The translations under genes and the position numbers were made by a program. A model generated the notes under the pieces. The model was not told the DNA's origin, did no database searches, and saw only the letters and a program-made list of their open reading frames with translations. Source: an uncultured Methanosarcinaceae archaeon (GTDB taxonomy: Archaea; Halobacteriota; Methanosarcinia; Methanosarcinales; Methanosarcinaceae). From it: a stretch of DNA of 64,000 bases. Shown here in pieces: positions 1 through 10,611 of this stretch. How positions within the stretch are numbered: the first letter of the stretch is position 1; every line of letters starts with the position of its first letter. The stretch lies in the NCBI GenBank assembly GCA_963733675.1, contig CAVTET010000004.1, forward strand, positions 192,001-256,000. The letters run 5' to 3'.

Positions 1-300
1 AGAGCCATCGCCTCCGATCGCGATAACCTTGATGTCGTTTTTTTTACCAAGGGCTTTTAAGGCAGCTTCTACACCTGATGCCACTGCGCCTCCATTTTCA
101 AAGAGAGAGTGAATCCAGGGGACCTTCCAAGATGACAGCGGGAAAGGTGTTGACATAACTTCAAGGCAGCCGGTAGGATTAACTACAATACAATTCGGAC
201 CTGCGCCCATAAGTGTGAATTTTGCAACAAAGGCATCACAGCAGCCTGCACAACCGCTATGCCCCGAAGAAAGATACATTTTTGGTGCAACTTTAGTCAT
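1..300 (-). CDS. porB: Pyruvate:ferredoxin oxidoreductase beta subunit (5' part, truncated by window edge)
   Basis: Not in ORF track. Manual translation from ATG at 300: MTKVAPKMYLSSGHSGCAGC...NPTGCLEV...HSLFEN...AIGGDGS (TPP-binding GDG). ATGA overlap with porA stop. Confidence 0.93.
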   Translation of the reverse strand, partial: MTKVAPKMYLSSGHSGCAGCCDAFVAKFTLMGAGPNCIVVNPTGCLEVMSTPFPLSSWKVPWIHSLFENGGAVASGVEAALKALGKKNDIKVIAIGGDGS

Positions 301-1505
301 AGTAACTCCTCCTTAAGGTCCAGGAATTGGCTTTCAACCATGATTCCAGATTTTGCAGCTGCCTTGGTTCCTTCAATAACTTTTACAATGCTTTCTATAC
401 GAATGTCACGGCCTCCATGACCCAGAGTATAGCCCACGAGCGGTATGCGGACTTTGCTATTATAGAGGCAGGATTTGGTTTCGGTAAACAGGGCTCCTTC
501 GTTTGTTCCTATAGATATATTCTTATCAAGCACAACAACTGCATTCGCATTCTGAATTGACTCAAGAATCTGCTCCTTCGGGAAGGGCCTGAAAGATCTG
601 ACTTTTAAAACACCAATCTTTTCTCCTTTTGCCCTGTACTGATCCACAACATCTTTAACAGTCCCAAGAACAGAGCCCATACCCATGATAACAATTTCAG
701 CATCCTCAATCATGTATCCATCAACAAGCCCACCGTGAAACCTGCCGAAAACTTCCTCAAACTCCTTCGCCACGGCTTCAATCTTCGGAAGAGCTTTCCG
801 CATTGCCTGTTCCTGTAAGTATCTGAATTCTTCGTAAGTATCAGGCGTTGCAAAGGCTCCAAAAGTCTTAGGATCTTCCGGGTCAAGCACATTTTCGGGA
901 TGGAAAGGCGGGAGGAAATTATCAACAAGATTCTGTTCAAGCAATACAACGGGCTCATAAACATGCGATAGAATAAAACCATCCATGCAGACCATTCCTG
1001 GTAACATGATTTCATGATCCTCTGCAATCTTATAGATTTGAGGTAGGGTATCAGATGCTTCCTGCACATCTTCTACATAAAGCTGAATCCAGCCGGTATC
1101 TCTTTGGGCAATCGCATCCTGATGGTCATTCCATATATTTATAGGAGCACTAACAGCCCTGTTTGTAACTGTCATTATAATTGGAAACCTCATGCCTGAA
1201 GCGTTAAAAAGTGCCTCATGCATTAGTAAGAGTCCCTGAGAAGTGGTAGCTGAATAGGTTCTTGCGCCTACTGCTGCTGCTCCTATAAGCGAAGAAATTG
1301 CCGAGAATTCTGATTCAACATTTAAATATTCACAGTTGGGAATCTCACCATCTGCTATGAATTGAGCCAGATTTTCAACAATATGGGTTTGGGGGGTGAT
1401 TGGATAAGCTGAGATTACGTTTGGATGACAGATTTTTGCGGAATGAGCCACAGCATAAGAACCTTCCACGACTACCATTTTCTCTTTATCAGCCGGGTTG
1501 ATCAT
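297..1505 (-). CDS. porA: Pyruvate:ferredoxin oxidoreductase alpha subunit
   Basis: YPITPQT, ESEFSA and TTSQGLLLMHE motifs; operon context. Confidence 0.95.
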   Translation of the reverse strand: MINPADKEKMVVVEGSYAVAHSAKICHPNVISAYPITPQTHIVENLAQFIADGEIPNCEYLNVESEFSAISSLIGAAAVGARTYSATTSQGLLLMHEALFNASGMRFPIIMTVTNRAVSAPINIWNDHQDAIAQRDTGWIQLYVEDVQEASDTLPQIYKIAEDHEIMLPGMVCMDGFILSHVYEPVVLLEQNLVDNFLPPFHPENVLDPEDPKTFGAFATPDTYEEFRYLQEQAMRKALPKIEAVAKEFEEVFGRFHGGLVDGYMIEDAEIVIMGMGSVLGTVKDVVDQYRAKGEKIGVLKVRSFRPFPKEQILESIQNANAVVVLDKNISIGTNEGALFTETKSCLYNSKVRIPLVGYTLGHGGRDIRIESIVKVIEGTKAAAKSGIMVESQFLDLKEELL

Positions 1506-1837
1506 TATTTCTCCTCCAAAATCATCTCGATTGCATCTTCAGGGCACTCATTTGCGCAGATACCGCAGCCTTTGCAATAATCGTAATCGTGCTCGAAAAA
1601 GCCGTCTTCCCTAGGTTTGACTGACATGTCAGGGCATACGATCTCGCAGATTCCGCACTTGGTACATTTGTCATAATTATAAATAGGACGAAAATTCCTC
1701 CAGCCTCCTGTTTTGTTTTTAAGGGTCGAACCAGGTTTACAGACACTGCAGCATGTGATTTTCGATTCTCTCGTTTCATGATCATTTTTTAAAATTTCAG
1801 GACATATTGTGCTGTCTTGACTAGCTTCAATAGTCAT
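1505..1837 (-). CDS. porD: Pyruvate:ferredoxin oxidoreductase delta subunit (2x[4Fe-4S])
   Basis: KTGGWR..RP motif and two CxxCxxCxxxCP motifs; lies between porC and porA. Confidence 0.93.
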   Translation of the reverse strand: MTIEASQDSTICPEILKNDHETRESKITCCSVCKPGSTLKNKTGGWRNFRPIYNYDKCTKCGICEIVCPDMSVKPREDGFFEHDYDYCKGCGICANECPEDAIEMILEEK

Positions 1838-2379
1838 ACTCTCACCTTAATGAGCTCGTAAGCTTTTTGAATCGCCTCTGCATTCTTTTCTCCAATTTTT
1901 CCTGGAAAACGAGCCTTTATCGCATGATAGATAGATTCCACTTTAATTTCTTCAGTTGCGCCCGCAAAAGCTCCAAGGAGAACAGTGTTTACTATGGGAC
2001 GACCTATGATATCCATTGCCACCTTTGTAGCGTCCGCAGTCATAACTCTAGCATTTGTATTAATTTTCAAACTTTCCGGTTTTTCTGTAGTGTTGACAAT
2101 AATTACTCCATCATCTTTTATCCCGTTTGCAACGTCAACAGTTTCAAGGAGGGTTACATCCTGAACAATAACATAATCAGGGGTATATATCTGGCTTCTG
2201 AGCCTGATTGGATTGTTACTGATCCTGGTAAATGCTTGTACAGGAGCGCCTCTGCGCTCTACCCCAAAAGCAGGAAAAGCCTGGCTAAATTTTCCATCTT
2301 TAAAAGCTGCGACGGAAAGCAGCTCAGCCGCGGTGACAGAACCTTGACCTCCTCGACCATGTATTCTAATTTCCTTCAT
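1834..2379 (-). CDS. porC: Pyruvate:ferredoxin oxidoreductase gamma subunit
   Basis: [11 protein letters not shown] and [10 protein letters not shown] motifs. Confidence 0.95.
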   Translation of the reverse strand: MKEIRIHGRGGQGSVTAAELLSVAAFKDGKFSQAFPAFGVERRGAPVQAFTRISNNPIRLRSQIYTPDYVIVQDVTLLETVDVANGIKDDGVIIVNTTEKPESLKINTNARVMTADATKVAMDIIGRPIVNTVLLGAFAGATEEIKVESIYHAIKARFPGKIGEKNAEAIQKAYELIKVRV

Positions 2380-2568
2380 ATGGATTCTCCTTCTTGAATC
2401 GCTTATCTAGATGTCATTATGTCTATTGATTCGTCAGAAAAAATTTAAACATTAGACGATTTATTCAGGCACCACTGCGATATTCACTACTGATCACAAG
2501 GCTTTAAAACATAGATTGTTAACAGTTAGACGTTCAATCCGTTTCTGTTCCTTTTTTGACTGATTGTA

Positions 2569-2656
2569 GAGAATTTCGATAAACCGATGAATTTCAAGAG
2601 TCATATATACTATTTATAAACCATATGACAAAGTTTTGGAGTTTATCTAAATTCTC
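2569..2656. mobile_element. ~90-bp MITE, family A, copy 1
   Basis: Termini GAGAATTTCGATAAAC ... GTTTATCTAAATTCTC; interior similar to other copies. Confidence 0.8.
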
Positions 2657-3006
2657 TCTAGTCAATTTGTAGTGGAATTAATAGTAAGTTTTGGTGATCT
2701 AAGAAAATATTAAAAAATCTCCAAACATCGATCTGGAACTATTCATATAACTTATTACAACAATCAATAAAATCAATATATTCATAATTATATATCCATG
2801 CCTTCAGTGCCCAATAGCTCATGGATAATAATGTAAGTTATTATTAGGTTTTCGGTGGGATTAGATAAATGTGTCTATATTTCTCCATTTTAGATTATAT
2901 TCTGAATGTATTTATCTTCAAACTCTTCAAATTTAACTTGTACCAATAATTATGTTTTAAATGGGTTTGATTATAAACGAATCTTATTTTTTTAAAAAAT
3001 TATTTT

Positions 3007-3978
3007 TTAATCTTTTTCCTGACAGGAGCTCCTTACCAGATCAAATATGGCCTTTCCATCTTTTAGACCATTAATCTTTTCCCTAATATTTCGTGAATTA
3101 TGTAATCCTTTTGTAAACCAGTGAGCATGCATCCTCAGATTTTGAGAAGATAACAGATTATGTTCTTCAAGTAGGGTGATATATAATTCAAAATCTTCAA
3201 GCTGTCGGGCCTGCTTGTCTAGTTCCAGCTTTTCTCCGGTTTCCAGATAATATCTAATTCTCCTGAATATGAACGGATTTCCCATTGCAGCCCGCCCTAT
3301 CATAAGCCCATCACAGCCTGTAAACTCAATAGTATTTTCTGCAGACTCTTCGTCCTTTATGTCACCGTTTGCAATCACTGGAATTGAAAGTTCGCGTTTG
3401 ACTGCCTTGATAGCTACAAGATCCGAGCTTCCGGAGTACATCTGCTTTGCCTCCCTGCCATGCACCGTTATGGCAAGAGCTCCTGCATTTTCGATAAGTT
3501 GCGCAATCTCAAGGGTCTTTTCATCTCTTTCCAAAATCCTGATCTTTACAGTTACAGGTGTTTTCAGGGCATATGTTAACTCTGAGACTATTTCAGAAAC
3601 AAGCTCTGGAGATTTGAGAAGAGCTGAACCGCACCCTGCTCCTATAATGCATTGTACGGGGCAGCCCATATTGATATCGATGACTTCAGGCCTAAACTCA
3701 CTTTCAACAAAGATGGCAGCTTCCCGCAGCTTTTCAGTTGAACTCCCAACAAGCTGAACTCCAAAAGGCCGGTCATAAAGTGAGCTCAGTCCTTTAAGAA
3801 GAGATTTCCGATTTTTGCTGAGCAAGGCATCTGAGTTGATCATTTCGGTGTATGTTATGTCAGCTCCATGCTGCCGGCATAGCAACCTGAAAGCTAAATT
3901 TGTAACTCCTGCCATGGGTGCAAGAAAAAGGTTTCCAGAAGTTTCAAGCTGACCAATTTTTAATTTATTAAGCGTCAT
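3007..3978 (-). CDS. tRNA-dihydrouridine synthase (Dus/NifR3 family)
   Basis: LAPMAGVT, DINMGCP, TVHGR, IANGDI and MIGRAAMGNP motifs. Start probably ATG 3978 (ORF track extends to 4014). Confidence 0.92.
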   Translation of the reverse strand: MTLNKLKIGQLETSGNLFLAPMAGVTNLAFRLLCRQHGADITYTEMINSDALLSKNRKSLLKGLSSLYDRPFGVQLVGSSTEKLREAAIFVESEFRPEVIDINMGCPVQCIIGAGCGSALLKSPELVSEIVSELTYALKTPVTVKIRILERDEKTLEIAQLIENAGALAITVHGREAKQMYSGSSDLVAIKAVKRELSIPVIANGDIKDEESAENTIEFTGCDGLMIGRAAMGNPFIFRRIRYYLETGEKLELDKQARQLEDFELYITLLEEHNLLSSQNLRMHAHWFTKGLHNSRNIREKINGLKDGKAIFDLVRSSCQEKD

Positions 3979-4239
3979 TTTTATACAATTCAAATTACTT
4001 TTTTTTAAAGCCATTTTATGAATTAGATCTACTGTGATTTGTTAAAACTCAAATAGATTTCGCACAATTATTTGAAAAATATCAGAATTTATATATGAAA
4101 GCCCTAAAATCGGAAACTAAAATGGATAATCTATAAAGGCCTTAAGAAGCAAAAGAGAAATAAAATAATCGAATCAAGAGATTGTGAAAGCGGAGACAAA
4201 ATGCTAATTTTGAAAGTTTAGTCAAAAATTAATGTCTTT

Positions 4240-5050
4240 TTATGTTATTCTGTCCAATGAATACAAACACAAAAAAATCCCCTTCAATTTCTATCAAGAA
4301 TATATGCGTTCCTATTAAATCGACTCTTGCGATTCAATTTTTTATGAAAACTTAATTTTTGTGATATTTTAGCAAGCATAACAGAAAGGATTTGGTTATC
4401 AATAAATTATTGATAGTCTTGGTGATATATAAGCTCACCAATAATTTTCGCATCAGAGAAGCTGGCAAATGGTTAAATAAGGGAAAAATTATCGACATCT
4501 CCGACCTCAAAAAATTTCATGAAAAGGTCCTTTACAGAACTCTTGAAATCTTGAAGAGTAACGAAAGAGAAATCCTCCCTGATATTCTGAACAATATTTT
4601 TCAGTTGACGATTCAAAAAAAAGATTTAACTTTGGACTGAGCAAGTATAGTTCTTCAAAGCACTAAATCCAAACTTGGCAAGTATGGATATAGTAGTGAT
4701 CAGAGACATGATGGATTATGGATAACAGTCTAATTTATTAAACTCAAGGAAACCATAAACATATCATGAAGTTACAGTTAATGGAGGCAATGTTCTTGAC
4801 TTGCAGCATTTTTCTGACAATTTTATGATCAGGTGAAAATGAACTCAAAAACGGTTCTTGAATAATTTTTGACAATGGAACTAATTCAGAAAACAATATT
4901 CAACTTCCTCAAAAAGAGAATATTAAGTATCTAGCTCCAATGAAACAGAATACAAGTGATAATAGAATAATTGAAAAGTTTGATAAGAAAAAAGTCGAAA
5001 AGATAAACCCAGAAAAAGTATACGTGGGGTAAAAATCGTCAAGTTAAGTA
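4240..5050 (+). pseudogene. Decayed transposase, IS1634-like
   Basis: Fragment 4392-4640 (YKLTNNF..., ERVLYRTLEIL-like) plus frameshifted flanks; aligns by eye with the relic at 36900-37370. Family from recall. Confidence 0.65.
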
Positions 5051-5202
5051 GCATCCTCCATTCCGTAAATGTACAATTTGTTCACCAATTTGCCCACTAT
5101 TATTCATTGAAAGTGAACAAATAGGCTAACAAATCATACATCTGTGTACATTTGTAGAGTAAGGATTTAAAAAAAATAAATTGAAAATTATAGTTCAATT
5201 GG

Positions 5203-5754
5203 TTATGAGAATAATAGCCTGATATATCCTAGATAAGGAATCCTATACTGTGCAGTCCCTATAATCCACTTGTCTTTTACAAGCCCACTTATATCTCCTT
5301 GCTGGTCAAAGTACTGGTTAGTTATAACATTATCTCCTTTGGTGATATAACCAGAATACTGAGCAAGAGGCCCGCCTTCCCACATTGGCTCTCCAGCTTT
5401 TACCCTGTACATGGCTCTATGAATTATTGGGGTTACATCTTCAGTGCCATTAGGACGATAAAGAATCACATCTCCATAATTTTTAAAAGATTCATATCCC
5501 GATTTTTTTCCTTCTTCATTCGTGATAATGTTCACTCGATCAATACTTTTCATAAAAACAATATCTCCGATCTGTATATGCGGATCCATACTCTCTGACT
5601 CTACAGCAACCATAGGAGTCCAGAGACCAAATACCAACTTGGAAAGGAACATAAAAGTAATCAGTACAGCTACAACCAACAGCAAGTCCTTTCCAAGTGA
5701 AACCCAGGAATTATCATCTTCCTGGGTACTATTTTCCTCATTAATTTTGCTCAT
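5203..5754 (-). CDS. Archaeal signal peptidase I (Sec11/S26 family)
   Basis: N-terminal TM helix; VESESMDP (catalytic Ser), PIIHR and ITKGDN motifs. Confidence 0.92.
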   Translation of the reverse strand: MSKINEENSTQEDDNSWVSLGKDLLLVVAVLITFMFLSKLVFGLWTPMVAVESESMDPHIQIGDIVFMKSIDRVNIITNEEGKKSGYESFKNYGDVILYRPNGTEDVTPIIHRAMYRVKAGEPMWEGGPLAQYSGYITKGDNVITNQYFDQQGDISGLVKDKWIIGTAQYRIPYLGYIRLLFS

Positions 5755-5868
5755 ACTCAGTCTTTATTCCTTTAATTTCACTTTTTTTCGCGCCCATTAA
5801 TTCTATTAGTCTTTGTCTGACAAAAATGTTATTCATTAAGTTATTGGGTATATACGCCAGGCTTTATA

Positions 5869-5958
5869 GAAAATTTTTATAAACCCACTAATTTCTTCAT
5901 ATGCTTATAAAATGGTATATAAGTAATTCATGAAAATCAGAGTTTTATCGGAATCCTC
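5869..5958. mobile_element. ~90-bp MITE, family A, copy 2 (reverse orientation)
   Basis: GAAAATTTTTATAAAC ... GTTTTATCGGAATCCTC. Confidence 0.75.
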
Positions 5959-6595
5959 TATTATTATTCCTTAAATTATTTCAGGCTACAATATAACCTC
6001 AGAGTTAAATATAGCTCTTTCTGTTAGTCTGACTTATTAAAAATAATTAAGTCTTTTTCCAGTATTTTTGCCTATTATTTGTTTTTATAAGAGACTAATT
6101 TTAAATCCCAATTTTCATAGATTTACACAATAATGGCATTCGTTTTCTAAATATGACAGTTGTTTAAAAATTAATTTAACTTTCAATATTATTAGTTGGC
6201 AAATAGGAAAACAAAATATATACCTGTGTATATCTGCAGAATGTCTGTTAAATCTATTCATCCAGTTATCATATTTGTATAGTCATTTACTTAAAAAGAG
6301 GCAGATATCTTTTATAGTAGGCAGGAATCAAAAGGTATAAGTGTTACATGGGGAATATAAAATTTTTTAGAATTACAATTTCATTTCATAAATTAATTTT
6401 AACACATTAATTTAGTATCTGTTAAGCATATATTTTGTATCTTATTAACTTTTATATTTTAAACATGTCTTTTGCTTGAGATCTTTTAAATTTGGAGCCA
6501 AATGAACCTTATGATAAATCAGATCCAAAAGGTTTAGAAAAGTTTATTTCGGTTTGGAAAGATTTGTGTCAGTCTAGGAATGTTAGGTTGGAAGT

Positions 6596-8569
6596 ATGGA
6601 CAAGAGCGAGATTATAAAGGCAGTTATAGAAAAAGAGTACCAGATAAGCCCTGAAGCCGTTGAACTCATTAAATCCAGCAACTCGCCAGAATGCCTACTA
6701 AAATATGTCCTTTCAACTGTAAATGACTTTGTTGTTGTCATAGGGGCCGAGCATATAGATCTTGAAAGTTTTGTTGCTCATGACAGAGCTTCAAAGCTAA
6801 TTCATGCAGAAAATAAAAAAAATCCTGGTTTCGAAAATTCAACCGAAAAGCCAAACTATGATGAAATACCAATTTCTTCTTTAAAAGCAGGAGAATTTCT
6901 TTCAGTATCTAGCAAACTTTCCCCTAAATTAGATGATGTTTCCTCAGAGACGGGGATCCCTTCTCCAGTCAACGACTCTGTGCCGAGCCTCTACCCAAAT
7001 CCGCTTCCAGATTCAATTTCAGTACCAGATATAACTTATAAACCAATTCCAGATCTCAAATCAGATAATATTTCATCAGAGGAGGCATCGAGTTCTTACA
7101 TTGCTTCAAGCTCGATTTCTTCATTGAGAACTGATCCTGAATTGGCCTTTTCCTTGCCATCTTCACAAGCTGGAGACAGATCAACTTCATCTTTTTTCGG
7201 AGAGGGGAATTCTCTACCTTCGTCCCCTTCAAACCGAGTTTCCAGGGAAAATCCATCTTTATCTGTTTTCGGAAAGGGCTTCTCGTCTAGTCCCAGTGAC
7301 AAAGTGCACAGAAGTTTTCCCGGCAGGAATCCTGTGACCGTAATTTCCGATATATCAGGGGATTCAACATGTGTTGGAGAATATATGCAGTTTGTTCAAT
7401 ACTTCAGGAATAGATACAGCAGGCTTTCAGCGATTATACGGAGTAGAATAAGTGCGCGTCCTATAGAAAGTTTAAGACGAAGAAGAAGCCTTCGTCGTGA
7501 AGGGGACTGGGATTCTGAAGAAATATCTATAATCGGGATGGTTTCTGACATCAGTAGCACAAATAACGGCCACAAAATATTATCTCTTGAAGATCCAACC
7601 GGCTCCTTCTCAGTTCTCATTCGAAATACTGATAAAGAACTTTTTGAACTGGCCTCACGAGTCCTGCTTGATGAGGTCATAGGAGTAACGGGTTTGGTAA
7701 AGAGCGCCGGAAACCTGATGTTTGCCACAAAACTCATTCAGCCAGATGTACCCAATGGCGTTCAACAAAGAACCCGAAGTCAAGGGAAAATAGTGATGAT
7801 ATCTGATGTGCATATAGGAAGTTCCCAGTTTCTTGAAGACGCTTGGCTGGATTTTCTTGACTTTTTGAAAGGAGAGTCTGAATCAGAAGTCATGCGGGAA
7901 CTTGCCGCCAGTATCCGTTATCTTATTGTTGCAGGAGATCTTGTTGATGGGATAGGGATTTATCCTGATCAGGAATTAGAACTGGACATTATGGATATCT
8001 ATGAGCAGTACATGAAAGCTGCAGAGTACTTAAAGGAAATTCCGGAGCATATACGTGTGATAATAAGTCCCGGTAATCATGATGCTGTTCGCCAGGCAGA
8101 ACCTCAGCCTGCGCTTCCTGAAATAGTTCAGGCCTATTTCCCTCAAAATGTTATTTTCGTTGGTAACCCTTCTCTTGTTGATCTGGATGGTACTCGCATC
8201 CTCATCTACCACGGAAGATCAATTGATGACCTCGTAGCAAGCATTTCGGGGATCTCCTATCAGGAACCCGCCATGGCCGTTCTTGAAATGGTGAAGCGCA
8301 GGCACCTTGCTCCGACTTATGGGAGCAGGGTTTCCATATCTCCGGAAAAAATGGATTATTTCGTTATCGACCATGTGCCGGATATCATCCACACTGGCCA
8401 CGTCCATACCCTCGGAGTCCAGCGCTATAAAAATATCCTTCTTGTTAATTCCGGAACCTGGCAGGGTCAGACAGAGTTTCAGAAACATGTAAACCTCACG
8501 CCAGTACCTGCAAGAGTCCCAATTGTGGATCTCGCGGATTTTACCTATAAAATTCTTAATTTTGACTGA
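6596..8569 (+). CDS. polB: DNA polymerase D small subunit DP1
   Basis: OB fold plus calcineurin-like phosphoesterase motifs SDVHIGS, GDLVDG, PGNHD, HTGHVH; Ser/Pro-rich linker. Confidence 0.95.
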   Translation: MDKSEIIKAVIEKEYQISPEAVELIKSSNSPECLLKYVLSTVNDFVVVIGAEHIDLESFVAHDRASKLIHAENKKNPGFENSTEKPNYDEIPISSLKAGEFLSVSSKLSPKLDDVSSETGIPSPVNDSVPSLYPNPLPDSISVPDITYKPIPDLKSDNISSEEASSSYIASSSISSLRTDPELAFSLPSSQAGDRSTSSFFGEGNSLPSSPSNRVSRENPSLSVFGKGFSSSPSDKVHRSFPGRNPVTVISDISGDSTCVGEYMQFVQYFRNRYSRLSAIIRSRISARPIESLRRRRSLRREGDWDSEEISIIGMVSDISSTNNGHKILSLEDPTGSFSVLIRNTDKELFELASRVLLDEVIGVTGLVKSAGNLMFATKLIQPDVPNGVQQRTRSQGKIVMISDVHIGSSQFLEDAWLDFLDFLKGESESEVMRELAASIRYLIVAGDLVDGIGIYPDQELELDIMDIYEQYMKAAEYLKEIPEHIRVIISPGNHDAVRQAEPQPALPEIVQAYFPQNVIFVGNPSLVDLDGTRILIYHGRSIDDLVASISGISYQEPAMAVLEMVKRRHLAPTYGSRVSISPEKMDYFVIDHVPDIIHTGHVHTLGVQRYKNILLVNSGTWQGQTEFQKHVNLTPVPARVPIVDLADFTYKILNFD

Positions 8570-8696
8570 ATCTGGCCTGAAAAATCTTAACTTCAATGAC
8601 TGAATTTGCGCAGATAGACAGTTCAAATAATTCTTATAGACCACAAATTTATCTAAAAATACTGCCCGATCTTTATATATACAACTAAGATTTAAT

Positions 8697-9710
8697 ATGC
8701 TGCAAATGCCTCAGGAAGAAAAGAAGGAGGACTTCGAAGAAGATTTATCGATTGTTCAGAAAGAAAACTGGAATAAAGAGTATACTTCTTTGCCAGTTGA
8801 GCCCTCTGATTTAAATACCCTTCTGAAAAAACAGGGCTATGCCCTCGCAGGCTGCCACTCAGCAGTTAAGACCTGTCTCTGGCTTAGACACGCTATGAAC
8901 GGTCAAGGTTTCTGCTATAAATCCAAATTTTATGGAGTACAATCTCACCGCTGCCTTCAGATGACTCCTACTCTTATGTGCAACCAGAGGTGCCTCTTTT
9001 GCTGGCGACCCACTGAGATTTCTGTTCCTACGCCTGGTGAATGGGATTCTCCCAAAAAGATTGTAGAAGAAAGCATTGCCTGCCAGCACAAGTTGATCAC
9101 GGGTTTTGGCGGTTCTCAGATCGCAATTAAGGAACGTTGGATTGAGAGCAATGAGCCGAATAATGTCGCCATTTCCCTTTCTGGAGAGCCGACCATTTAT
9201 CCTTACCTGCCAGAGCTTATCGAAGAATACAAAAAAATGGGCTTCACAGTTTTTTTAGTCACGAATGGAACAAATCCTGAAATGCTTACAAAAGTTTTTC
9301 CTTCCCAGCTTTATATGAGTCTTGATGCTCCTGACATGGAAACTTATCTGAAGATATGTAAGCCCAAATCAGCTGCGCTCTGGGACAGAATCAACGAATC
9401 TCTGTCCATACTAGGGGGAAAAAAATCACGGACAGTCATCCGTACAACGCTGGTCAAGGGAAAAAACATGTTTAGATCCGAGCATTATGCCGAGCTGATA
9501 AAAAAAGGTTCTCCTGACTTTGTCGAAGTAAAAGCTTATATGCATCTGGGCTTTTCACGGCTTCGTCTTGACCGCTCTTCCATGCCCACTCATGTTGAGG
9601 TCTTAGAGTTCTCAAAAGAACTTGCAAAATGCCTGGGGTATGAAATAGCAGATGAATCTGAGATTAGCCGGGTTGTACTACTTTCAAAGGATGGTAAAAT
9701 CCCACTTTGA
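8697..9710 (+). CDS. taw1: 4-demethylwyosine synthase Taw1/TYW1 (radical SAM)
   Basis: HSAVKTCLW, CYKSKFYG, CNQRCLFCWR and SLSGEPT motifs. Confidence 0.94.
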   Translation: MLQMPQEEKKEDFEEDLSIVQKENWNKEYTSLPVEPSDLNTLLKKQGYALAGCHSAVKTCLWLRHAMNGQGFCYKSKFYGVQSHRCLQMTPTLMCNQRCLFCWRPTEISVPTPGEWDSPKKIVEESIACQHKLITGFGGSQIAIKERWIESNEPNNVAISLSGEPTIYPYLPELIEEYKKMGFTVFLVTNGTNPEMLTKVFPSQLYMSLDAPDMETYLKICKPKSAALWDRINESLSILGGKKSRTVIRTTLVKGKNMFRSEHYAELIKKGSPDFVEVKAYMHLGFSRLRLDRSSMPTHVEVLEFSKELAKCLGYEIADESEISRVVLLSKDGKIPL

Positions 9711-10447
9711 AAAGATCGTCAAATAAAACTAAAACCTAAATGGTCAATTTAAAATAACGCTCAATTTTTCCCATTCCAGTTAGCTTTATTTTTATCAGGT
9801 AGCCCATCATTAGTAATTGATGTTTTCATAATTAAATTTCCATTGTAACGAAATTTGTGTTTTCATGTACTGAAGCACATCTTGTCTAGCTCACAGCAAT
9901 GGGTGCGGGTCGAGAACTACCAGAAAACTGCACTAAGTGCATTTTGGAAATCAATCAAATTAATAAAGTACAGCGTTTATCTTAATAAACCAACAACTTT
10001 GAAGTAAAAATAAGTGTATATGAAGCTTTTGTCTTTATATGAATATATTATTTCAGTCTAGTGATAGAATCAAATTTAAACTTAAGTTTCAATTGGGATA
10101 TGCCTTCATTAGGGATTAATTCAATTTTAAGCCAATTAGGTACAATTTAAGTAAAATCATGTCTCATATTTAGTTCGATCAACAGAATACGAAATGGGAT
10201 AGGTTTGCACAGTATAAAGGGAGTTAACTGCGTATCAAAATTTTAGAGGCGCCTATTTATCTGGCAGATCTATTCTTACTTTCAGGTTCTTCGTGTCTGA
10301 GCAATTTTTAGATTATACTTTTAAGTTGAGACGGATATTTACTGTTTGATTTTTCTTTATCAAATTTTCAGTTCACTATTGCCAAGTTAACCGAAAAGCT
10401 AAATGAATTGTAAACTGAATAACTAAATTTATTACGAAATCAAATTG

Positions 10448-10525
10448 ATAATCTCATACAATTTCTTAGATTGATAATCTCAAATATTTCTCAAATATTA
10501 TAATCTCAAATTTCGATTCAAATAT
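10448..10525. repeat. Three ATAATCTCA cores at 26-bp period upstream of prf1
   Basis: Cores start at 10448, 10474 and 10500. Confidence 0.7.
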
Positions 10526-10611
10526 GACTGCATCGATTAGATAACAGATTTAAAATCAAATTTGCAGGAAATACCAGAATTTAATCACTTGCCTATTGGA
10601 GAATTTTCGAA

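Noticed and set aside
5067-5153. Nested short IRs (AAATGTACA/TGTACATTT, ATTTGTTCAC/GTGAACAAAT), with a similar stretch at ~34386-34453
   Set aside because: Possibly another decayed mini-element, but too short and AT-rich to support a call.
6800-7330. Ser/Pro-rich insert in DP1 as an intein or insertion
   Set aside because: No intein motifs; low-complexity linkers are usual in euryarchaeal DP1.
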